IMG/VR virus record: IMGVR_UViG_3300005764_000080
Coordinates: 1 to 25,178 of that record
DNA: 25,178 bases
From: a virus
Lineage: Duplodnaviria > Caudoviricetes
Strand: one strand, 5' to 3'
Part shown: positions 17,573 through 24,995 of the stretch, piece by piece
How positions within the stretch are numbered: position 1 is the first letter of the stretch
How the letters are laid out: every line of letters begins with the position of its first letter
Made by a program: the position numbers and the translations under genes
The notes under the pieces: generated by a model
What the model saw: only the letters and a program-made list of their open reading frames with translations
What the model was told of the DNA's origin: nothing
Database searches by the model: none

Positions 17573-18430
17573 ATGGGACTCAAAAACCTACTGGCTGACA
17601 CCAACTACACGGCGGCTTTCGACAATCGCTTCAAGAACGCCATCGTCATAGGCAAGGTGTCCAAGATCGAGTGCAGCGACAAAGGCGCGAACGTGCGCGT
17701 CATGCTCAACGACAAGGTCGATCTGAACAAGCAACCCCTCATCACCAAGCCCATCCCGGTGTGGCAGGCCAGTGCTGGCGTCCAGATGCAGGGCAGCGGT
17801 GCGGGCGCAAGCAACGGCTCGGGCCACCAAAAGAAAAGTTTCGCCATGCCGCGCATAGGCCAGAACGTCGTCCTAGTGAAGCTGCCCAATGCCACTGGCG
17901 ATTACCTGCTCCTAGGCACCTTCTATACGAAGAACGATCCGCCACCTGTCACTGATCCGCGCGTGGACTACTGCGAGTGGGAGAACGGCCACACGGAGAA
18001 ATTCGACAGCAACGACAATGCAGACGTGTTTCTCACGCAGGATTTCAAGGCTGGATGGAAAGGCACCTACAAAAAGGACGTCAGCCTCAAGACCACCGAC
18101 AGCGCCAAGTTCAACATCGAAGCCGATGGCGACGTGCTGGTCAAATCGGCCAACGGCAACGTCACAGTGGAAAGCCCCACTGGCACGGTCACCATCAGTC
18201 AGGACACGATTGAGCTACAAGGCAACAGCGCCATCAACATCACCGCGCCCGAAATCAAGTTGACAGGCCATGTTACCATCATAGGCGACATGATCGAGAC
18301 AGGCCACCACGTGGACAGCAAAGGCCCGCACGCGAGCTCCATGCAGGAACGCGACGAACTACTGGCCCGCGTGAACGCGCTCGAGGAGAGGGTGAAACGA
18401 TTGGAGGCAGTTATATTGAAAACGATATAA
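17573..18430 (+). CDS. Baseplate spike protein V
   Basis: OB-fold IGKVS and MPRIGQNVV motifs, beta-helix-like repeats, His cluster GHHVDSKGPH and a short C-terminal coiled coil. Confidence 0.88.
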   Translation: MGLKNLLADTNYTAAFDNRFKNAIVIGKVSKIECSDKGANVRVMLNDKVDLNKQPLITKPIPVWQASAGVQMQGSGAGASNGSGHQKKSFAMPRIGQNVVLVKLPNATGDYLLLGTFYTKNDPPPVTDPRVDYCEWENGHTEKFDSNDNADVFLTQDFKAGWKGTYKKDVSLKTTDSAKFNIEADGDVLVKSANGNVTVESPTGTVTISQDTIELQGNSAINITAPEIKLTGHVTIIGDMIETGHHVDSKGPHASSMQERDELLARVNALEERVKRLEAVILKTI

Positions 18431-18433
18431 CTG
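18408..18433 (+). promoter_or_regulatory. Palindromic junction motif, variant B, copy 6 (CAGTTATATTGAAAACGATATAACTG)
   Basis: Exact reverse complement of copies 1 and 5; encodes the last codons and stop of gpV; 9 nt before the next ATG. Confidence 0.8.
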
Positions 18434-18442
18434 GTTTTACCT

Positions 18443-18907
18443 ATGGCAATGGAAGGACTTTTTGGCGCAATAGTGTTCGGCAAGCTACAGGGCCGCATCA
18501 TGACCTTCCACGAGATCGAGCGCAGTTATCGCGGGCGCTTTGGCTCGCACATGGTGCACATGCGCAAGCCATTGCTGGAATGGGCGGGCAACGATCTGCT
18601 CAAGCTGGACTATCGCATCGGGCTCAACGCTTCATGGTGCGGCGATCCCAACCCGCTGCTGGCCCAATGGCATTTCTTCCATGAGAACGCGCTGGCCGCA
18701 CCGCTCATCGTGGGCGGCAAACCGATGGGACCGGGCTTGTCCATGTTCGTCATCACCGAACTCAAGGAACGCCACAAGCACTGGCTCAAAGGCGGCAAGC
18801 TCATAGCCGTGGAGCTAGACGTGCACTTTGAGGAATACATACCGTTCACCGAGGGCTTGCTATCGCAGTTCGGTGTGCCGGGCTTCGTGGGAAGTGGGGC
18901 CATATGA
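18443..18907 (+). CDS. GpU-like tail tube initiator
   Basis: GLFGAIVF, H...KPLLEWAG, PLIVGGK and FEEY motifs. Confidence 0.85.
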   Translation: MAMEGLFGAIVFGKLQGRIMTFHEIERSYRGRFGSHMVHMRKPLLEWAGNDLLKLDYRIGLNASWCGDPNPLLAQWHFFHENALAAPLIVGGKPMGPGLSMFVITELKERHKHWLKGGKLIAVELDVHFEEYIPFTEGLLSQFGVPGFVGSGAI

Positions 18908-19698
18908 TAGGCGTTGCACCTCTCCCATCGCAGACGGGTAACACGGTCGAGCTAGGCGCTAACTGGCGCGTCCAATTCGCGGACGTGGATGGCACGCCAT
19001 TGAGCATGATCTCGTTCCGCTACATCGACTTTGGAGCAATCAGCTACAAGGAGATTTTTCAGAATGTAAAGACCATACTCGCGACCCCGTTGTTTTCGGC
19101 CGCGCTAGAGCGCACGTTAGGAGTCGATCAGTCCATCGTCGATCGTCCCATCAACGAGGCCGCAAACGTCACCATCGCCATCCTGCAAGCACTCACGTAT
19201 TGGGAGCCTAGGTGCGAGATCATGGACATAGCGTTTGAAGCTGACGCGCTCAATGGGCACCTCACAGTGTTGTTACAACTCAAGATCAGGAACGTCATCT
19301 ATGGCACCGACACTCCTTACACTAAGAATCACGCTTTCACCGCAACGGGGACACCCAAGCTGCCTGCACCTAGCCTGCCGCCCATCTTGGAGCCAGTGGA
19401 AGGGCCACCCGGCCCGCAAGGGCCGACGGGCGAACGCGGGAGCCTGTGGTTCACGGGCGAGGGCGCACCACCCGCGCCCACGGCCATGCGCCCGATCGTA
19501 AGCGGCGGCACCCCGGTGCCCGGCCCAGTCGGGCCAAAGGGCGAGGCAGGCACGCGCAGTAGCATCTGGCTGCAAGGCACAGGCGATCCCACCAGCGCCA
19601 CGGGCGTGCTCCCATACGACATGTATCTGAACACCGCCAACGGCGACGTGTGGCAGTTCGATGGGACAACCTCAACGTGGAGGAAACTAGGGCGATGA
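18904..19698 (+). CDS. Baseplate W/gp25-like protein with a collagen-like C-terminal extension
   Basis: IFQNVKTILAT...RTLGV...WEPRC core; then GPPGPQGPTGERGSLWFTGEG and GPVGPKGEAGTRSSIWLQGTG repeats. Confidence 0.85.
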   Translation: MIGVAPLPSQTGNTVELGANWRVQFADVDGTPLSMISFRYIDFGAISYKEIFQNVKTILATPLFSAALERTLGVDQSIVDRPINEAANVTIAILQALTYWEPRCEIMDIAFEADALNGHLTVLLQLKIRNVIYGTDTPYTKNHAFTATGTPKLPAPSLPPILEPVEGPPGPQGPTGERGSLWFTGEGAPPAPTAMRPIVSGGTPVPGPVGPKGEAGTRSSIWLQGTGDPTSATGVLPYDMYLNTANGDVWQFDGTTSTWRKLGR

Positions 19699-20210
19699 GT
19701 TGGGACCTAATAGGCAACATCAGAGGGCCACAAGGGCCACCCGGCGTGGTCGCGCCAGCGGGCTATGTCATGGGCGAAGCGGCTGGTGGCGCGATCAATG
19801 GCACCAACAAGCTGTTCTCCACGGTTCAATCATACCTAGGCAGTTCATTGGAAGTCTATCTGAACGGGCTGCGCATGAGGCGCATCGACGATTACACGGA
19901 AGTCAGCGGCACCACCTTTCAATTTGTCATAGCGCCGTTGCCCGGTGACACCATCTCTCTCGATTACCTGCTGCCTAGCGAGGCTGGTGGCACTAACATC
20001 TACGGCGAAACGCCCGCTGGCCTAGTCAACGGGAGTAACAAGGTTTTCACTACCAGCTTCGTCTATTCGCCCGGCCTCATCGCCATCTTCCGCAGTGGAC
20101 TGCGACTGAGAAATCCGGATGACTACAGCGAAACTGGCCCTAAACAATTTACACTGGTAGATGCTCCATTATCGGGCGATAACTTGAGCGTTGACTACAT
20201 ACAACCCTAG
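19695..20210 (+). CDS. Virion structural protein with two tandem ~65-aa beta-rich repeats
   Basis: ATGA overlap at 19695 preferred over 19650; repeats GE..G..NG.NK.F...GLR....DY.E.....F....AP..GD....DY. Confidence 0.75.
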   Translation: MSWDLIGNIRGPQGPPGVVAPAGYVMGEAAGGAINGTNKLFSTVQSYLGSSLEVYLNGLRMRRIDDYTEVSGTTFQFVIAPLPGDTISLDYLLPSEAGGTNIYGETPAGLVNGSNKVFTTSFVYSPGLIAIFRSGLRLRNPDDYSETGPKQFTLVDAPLSGDNLSVDYIQP

Positions 20211-20221
20211 AAACAAGCACT

Positions 20222-21283
20222 ATGAGCGCAACACAAATCCATGGTAACAAACAAATCCAGAATGCCACCATTCTCGATGCCAACATCGCGGCGGCAGCTG
20301 CGATCCAAACGTCCAAGCTGGCGCAGGGCGCATTGTTCATCAAGAGCGATGGCTCGCTAGCGTTTGGTGCCGATCAGTCGCATGGCGGCTTCAAGATCAC
20401 CAACCTAGCTGACCCAGTGAATCCCACTGATGCCGCGACTAGGCAGTGGGTGCTGGCCAACATCGCTGGTGGCGTGGTGTCATCGTGCACCGTGAAGGCA
20501 GCTACCACGGCCAACATCACGCTCTCGGCCACGCAATCGGTCGATGGCATCGCGCTTAGCGCGGGCGACCTGTGCCTAGTGAAGAATCAAACCACGGCAT
20601 CGGCCAATGGCGTTTACACGGTCGCATCTGGAGCGTGGACGCGTTACGCGGCCATGGACACGTGGGCTGAGGTGCCGGGCATGCTGGTGAGCGTGCAACA
20701 GGGCACGATCAACGGGGATACGGTGTGGCTCTCCACAGCGGACGCAGGCGGCACCCTAGGCTCAACCAGCATCACCTTTGTCCAGCTGCCCGGTCCAAGT
20801 GACATCACTGCGGGCGCGGGTATGACGCGCACAGGTCAGCAGATCGACATAGTGGCTGCCGACAACTCGCTCACTATCAACGCCGATAACATGCAGGTGA
20901 AAATCGACCCGGCCACGGGCGGCAACCATGGCGGCTTGACTGTGGCGGCAGGCGGCGTGGGCGTTGCCATCGACACCACGATGCTCTCCATCCTGGCAGG
21001 CCCACTTCTCAGTCTGAAACCCAACATTTTCATAGCGGCGTCCAACATGATCACGCGCGAGACGCCCAGTGGCACGATCGATGGCGCGAACACCGCATTC
21101 ACGTTAGCGAACACGCCATCGCCTGCTGGCAGCGAGCAACTCTTTCTCAATGGCATCCTGTTGGAGCCGGGCGCGGGCAACGATTACACCATAACCGGGG
21201 CAGCGATCACGATGCTGTCAGCGCCACCTACGGGCAGTCGCCTCAAGGCAAACTACCTCAACCGAGCGCTAGCCCCGACATAA
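20222..21283 (+). CDS. Fibre-like virion structural protein
   Basis: KITNLADPVNPTDAAT and VKAATTANITLS...LVKNQT..NGVY motifs, common in phage fibres; a third copy of the beta repeat at the C-terminus. Confidence 0.78.
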   Translation: MSATQIHGNKQIQNATILDANIAAAAAIQTSKLAQGALFIKSDGSLAFGADQSHGGFKITNLADPVNPTDAATRQWVLANIAGGVVSSCTVKAATTANITLSATQSVDGIALSAGDLCLVKNQTTASANGVYTVASGAWTRYAAMDTWAEVPGMLVSVQQGTINGDTVWLSTADAGGTLGSTSITFVQLPGPSDITAGAGMTRTGQQIDIVAADNSLTINADNMQVKIDPATGGNHGGLTVAAGGVGVAIDTTMLSILAGPLLSLKPNIFIAASNMITRETPSGTIDGANTAFTLANTPSPAGSEQLFLNGILLEPGAGNDYTITGAAITMLSAPPTGSRLKANYLNRALAPT

Positions 21284-21287
21284 AACT

Positions 21288-21608
21288 ATGCCAGCAACAC
21301 AGATACGCGGCACACAAGTCCAAGATGGCACCATCCAGCGTGCCGATGTGGACACGACTACGTCAGCGAAGGCGCTCATTACGAAGGTGCTCGATGGCCA
21401 AGGCATCAAGTCCTCGGCCTCGGGCGTGGATGCTGGCACAGGCGACGTTACCGTCGCGATCGATCAGACGGGCGCGAATCCCGTGACCACGTTCTACATC
21501 GGCACCAAGGCGCGGCTGGTGCAGCATCCCACGCTCAACGGGCTACGACTGGAAGTGAAAGGCACCGATAACAACTGGTATACTGCGGCAGATTGGACAC
21601 ACGCATGA
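21288..21608 (+). CDS. Small structural protein sharing an N-terminal motif with the upstream gene
   Basis: MPATQIRGTQVQDGTIQRADV versus MSATQIHGNKQIQNATILDANI. Confidence 0.7.
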   Translation: MPATQIRGTQVQDGTIQRADVDTTTSAKALITKVLDGQGIKSSASGVDAGTGDVTVAIDQTGANPVTTFYIGTKARLVQHPTLNGLRLEVKGTDNNWYTAADWTHA

Positions 21609-23638
21609 AAACTAATTCACCGACTCGTTACGCATCGGCGATCCTTGTTGCCCTCATTCTGGTGCTCTTGTGGTTTTGCACTAAAACGACCTATGGAGAC
21701 ACCACGCTTTATGGCACCACGACTGTAACCAACCCCGGCACGTTCACCATCCAAAGCGGAGTGACCGTGAGCGCACCACAGCTGGAGCCCGCTCTGGGCA
21801 ACCCATCGACCAACGGCTACGTGCTATCGAGCACGACAGCGGGCGTGCGTTCGTGGATTGCGCCCGCGACGGGCGGTGGCGGTGGAACACCGGGCGGCAG
21901 CGACACCTATGTTCAGTTCAACGATGCCGGAGTATTCGGTGGGGACTCCACGTTCTTTTGGCAGAAAGCCAACCATCGGCTTTGGCTGCCAGCTACAAGT
22001 GGCGGCTTGGGGCAGGGCATGTTTCTCGGCGGCTATGGGCAGTTGCAAACATATGACTCAGGCACCGTCAGCTATTTGTTCTTCGCTACTAACAAGTATT
22101 GGACTGGCTCGGCATGGGCTGACGTAGGCTATAACCGGGTAGGTGGGATGCTACAGGTGGAAAACGACCAATTGGTATATTACACTATGAACACTGGCAC
22201 GACTTCGACGGAACAGTGGAGGGCTAATCCCAATGGTATATTCGATCTAAGGGCTGCGGGAATGTTCGGCTGGGGTTCTACTACGCCGACTTCAGCCGTT
22301 GACACTGCTCTCGCCCGTAACTCCGCTGGGGTAGTCGAGATCAACAATGGCACAGCAGGGCAGTATCGGGATTTGTTTCTGCGTAACCTGACCGTTAGCG
22401 GAACCTGCACGGGATGCGGTGGCGGTGGCGGTGGCACAGTAACCAGCTTCAGCGCGGGCGATCTGTCACCGCTGTTCACTACCAGCGAAACAAATCCCAC
22501 GACAACGCCAGCCCTGAGTTTCACTCTGTCCACGGCGGCAGCCAACACAGTCTTTGGCAATGCCACAGCGTCCACGGCTGCGCCCACATTCAGTTCGTCG
22601 CCCCGGTTCACTGCAATTGGCAACCTGACAACCAATGGATTTGTCACCACGAGTGGAGGAGTGGGAACACTGGGAGTGGACGCTACAGTCTATACGCCAT
22701 CGACTCGCTTGCTCACCATAGCAGGGCTGGCAGCTAACTTGAGCGTTGATCGCACATGGACGCTGGATCAAATCTTAGCCAACAACGGTGCCACACTCGG
22801 CACAGGCATCATCAAACGCACAGCCGCAAACACGCTGGCGATCGCCACCGCTGGCACTGACTACCTCACAGGCAACCAGACAATCACGCTCACGGGAGAC
22901 ACGACAGGCAGCGGGACTACGGCGATCACAACCACGACAGGCAAGGTCAATGGAGTAACATATCCAGCCAGTCCCGGCACCAACACCGTCCCGGTAATCA
23001 CCACCACTAACACGGTAACTTATCAGGCTGTCCCGACTTTGGCTGGCGGCTTGCCCACAGGCGGCACGGCCAATCAGGTGCTATCGAAAGTCGATGCTAC
23101 CAATTACAACACAGCGTGGGTAAGCCAGCCGTTGTTCATCGTCAATGGCAACAGCGGCACCGGGCAGAGCGTTGGCACAAGCGATACCTACATCACCAAT
23201 TCCACCTGCACGCTGCCATCGGGCACACTGTTCGCCGCTGGCGGTCAATACAAGCTGCGCTTCGTAATGTCCAAGACTGCGGCTGGCGTAGCCAGCTGGG
23301 TTTTGTCAATCAGGCTGGGCGCTTTCGGGAACACATCGGACACCGTTGTTGCCACGACCACCATCGGCCCGCAGACGGCTGCTGTCGATGCACTATCTTG
23401 CGACCTCAGCGTCAATATCGGCTCAACTGGCGCAACGGCTAACACCATCAGCTACATGCTTTACTCGCACGCCCTAGCTGCCAACACAGGTTATGGCGGC
23501 CCGGCGGTTACACCCGTGAACTTTACTCAGTCCGCCACGTTCAACCAGACCACTGCCAAATCCATCGGTATCAGTTTCAATGGCGGCGCAGCACACGCAG
23601 GAACAGTAAACATCGTCCAAGCCCAATACACCCAATGA
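21605..23638 (+). CDS. Thr/Gly-rich fibre/adhesin-like protein with an N-terminal signal peptide or TM anchor
   Basis: ATGA-coupled start MKTNSPTRYASAILVALILVLLWFCTKTTYG; fibre-type motifs PGGSDTYVQFND, GGGGGGTVTS, TITLTGDTTGSG and PTGGTANQVLSK. Confidence 0.72.
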   Translation: MKTNSPTRYASAILVALILVLLWFCTKTTYGDTTLYGTTTVTNPGTFTIQSGVTVSAPQLEPALGNPSTNGYVLSSTTAGVRSWIAPATGGGGGTPGGSDTYVQFNDAGVFGGDSTFFWQKANHRLWLPATSGGLGQGMFLGGYGQLQTYDSGTVSYLFFATNKYWTGSAWADVGYNRVGGMLQVENDQLVYYTMNTGTTSTEQWRANPNGIFDLRAAGMFGWGSTTPTSAVDTALARNSAGVVEINNGTAGQYRDLFLRNLTVSGTCTGCGGGGGGTVTSFSAGDLSPLFTTSETNPTTTPALSFTLSTAAANTVFGNATASTAAPTFSSSPRFTAIGNLTTNGFVTTSGGVGTLGVDATVYTPSTRLLTIAGLAANLSVDRTWTLDQILANNGATLGTGIIKRTAANTLAIATAGTDYLTGNQTITLTGDTTGSGTTAITTTTGKVNGVTYPASPGTNTVPVITTTNTVTYQAVPTLAGGLPTGGTANQVLSKVDATNYNTAWVSQPLFIVNGNSGTGQSVGTSDTYITNSTCTLPSGTLFAAGGQYKLRFVMSKTAAGVASWVLSIRLGAFGNTSDTVVATTTIGPQTAAVDALSCDLSVNIGSTGATANTISYMLYSHALAANTGYGGPAVTPVNFTQSATFNQTTAKSIGISFNGGAAHAGTVNIVQAQYTQ

Positions 23639-23644
23639 TTGTAT

Positions 23645-23669
23645 GCTTATATTGAATTCAATATAACTG
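23645..23669 (-). promoter_or_regulatory. Palindromic junction motif, variant A, copy 7 (inverted)
   Basis: Identical to 8115-8139; 12 nt before ATG 23682. Confidence 0.8.
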
Positions 23670-23681
23670 ACCCAACACCCT

Positions 23682-24140
23682 ATGAAAACACTAATCGCTC
23701 TCGCCTCTCTCGCCCTCGTGCTCGCCCTAGCGTCCTTCGCAGCCACGCGTCCCACGCCCACGCCACGCCCACCACCCTCGGGCGGAAGTGGAATCGGCTA
23801 TTGCATCGACGTGAACGGCGACATGGCCCGCGTGACGGAGGCGTTCGGATGGATACATCAACTGAAGGACGAGAACGGCAACCTGCGCCCGGCCACGTCG
23901 GAGGAGATGGAGATTTACATCTACCGATGGGTGGAGGCGCAGACGCACGATTACGAGCGGCGCAAGAACATGCGCGAGTTCACTCCGCCTCCATTCGGCA
24001 ATGAAAGCAAATACGCCGAACCGGGCCAAAACGTGATTACGTCAATTCCTCCGACACCCCTCCCCGGCACGAGGATGCCGCAGAACGCGCTTTTAACCCC
24101 TTCAGCGCCCAAAGTTACACCCACCCCGAAAAAGAATTGA
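23682..24140 (+). CDS. Hypothetical exported protein
   Basis: Signal-peptide-like MKTLIALASLALVLALASFA-A, with Pro/Thr-rich ends around a small core. Confidence 0.75.
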   Translation: MKTLIALASLALVLALASFAATRPTPTPRPPPSGGSGIGYCIDVNGDMARVTEAFGWIHQLKDENGNLRPATSEEMEIYIYRWVEAQTHDYERRKNMREFTPPPFGNESKYAEPGQNVITSIPPTPLPGTRMPQNALLTPSAPKVTPTPKKN

Positions 24141-24168
24141 CTACGGCAATCCTCGTGCCTTTACGGGC
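24061..24168. repeat. Inverted-repeat (MITE/REP-like) element, copy 3
   Basis: GGCACGAGGATGCCG (24066-24080) and CGGCAATCCTCGTGCC (24144-24159); 24061-24080 is the reverse complement of 16180-16199. Confidence 0.78.
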
Positions 24169-24177
24169 CATTCACCT

Positions 24178-24534
24178 ATGAACCTATTCATGCTCGCGCA
24201 ACAGGCGCTCGATAAGGTGGCCATATGGCCGCAGCGTTTCTTTAACGTAGTGTCCTGCATCGTCACGTGGGGATTGTTCATGTTCGTGCAATATTGGCGA
24301 GCCCATCCACAGGACTTCAACTTCGCTTCATGGTGGAAGGACGATAGAACGCGCATTATTGCCGCGTCCGTGGTCACGTTCGCGCTCGTGATACTCAAGG
24401 CCACCAGCAACGATGTGGACAAGCTGCTGGAGTTCCTAGGCTTCAAGGTCACTAACTCCAGTGGCATCGCATATGGCCTGGCGATAGCAGCCTTCCTAGG
24501 CATGGCCGTCAAACCCAAACCCAACGGCAAATGA
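24178..24534 (+). CDS. Putative holin
   Basis: Three hydrophobic segments and a basic C-terminus; coupled to the endolysin. Confidence 0.65.
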   Translation: MNLFMLAQQALDKVAIWPQRFFNVVSCIVTWGLFMFVQYWRAHPQDFNFASWWKDDRTRIIAASVVTFALVILKATSNDVDKLLEFLGFKVTNSSGIAYGLAIAAFLGMAVKPKPNGK

Positions 24535-24995
24535 GGATCATAGGCACACGTGGATTGGAGCTAGTGAAGCACTTCGAGTCGCTGCGCCTGTATGCGTATC
24601 AGGATCCAGTGGGCGTATGGACGATCGGGTGGGGGCACACGGGCTTGAAGCACGAGGATGGCACCGTCCATCGCGGGCGCAAGATCACGGAACAGGAGGC
24701 CGAAAACCTCCTAGTGCACGACATGAAGCACTTCTGCTCGCGCGTGGAAAAGCTCATCACCGTCGCGCTTACCGACGACCAGTTCGATGCACTGGTATCG
24801 TTTGACTTCAACACTGGCGGGCTGGGCAAGTCCACTCTGCGCAAACTGCTCAACAAGGGCGACTATGAGGGCGCAGCCGAGGAGTTCCCCAAGTGGAACA
24901 AGGCTGGCGGCAAGGTGTTGCGCGGCCTCACTAGGCGTCGTAAGTCTGAGCAAAACCTGTTTAACGGCAAGGAGGATTATATCGTTCCATCATGA
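24531..24995 (+). CDS. Endolysin, GH24 phage lysozyme
   Basis: E-x8-D-x5-T triad (FESLRLYAYQDPVGVWTIGWGHT); QFDALVSFDFNTG and GLTRRRKSE motifs. Confidence 0.96.
   Translation: MRIIGTRGLELVKHFESLRLYAYQDPVGVWTIGWGHTGLKHEDGTVHRGRKITEQEAENLLVHDMKHFCSRVEKLITVALTDDQFDALVSFDFNTGGLGKSTLRKLLNKGDYEGAAEEFPKWNKAGGKVLRGLTRRRKSEQNLFNGKEDYIVPS

Noticed and set aside
10271-19698. Tailocin or eCIS interpretation
   Set aside because: Intact terminase, portal, protease and capsid genes indicate a complete myovirus-type phage.
92-23669. Junction palindromes as a CRISPR array, dif sites or intrinsic terminators
   Set aside because: Copies are kilobases apart with no spacers or cas genes; there is no XerD-type TTATGTTAAAT arm; the stems are AT-rich with no consistent U-tract.
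23639-24004. ORFs sharing the peptide YIEFNI (also 3028-3309 and 11721-11936)
   Set aside because: The peptide is simply the translated palindrome, and these ORFs overlap better-supported genes.
24650-24660. GCACGAGGATG in the lysozyme gene as a fourth repeat copy
   Set aside because: Short partial match with no partner arm at the expected distance.
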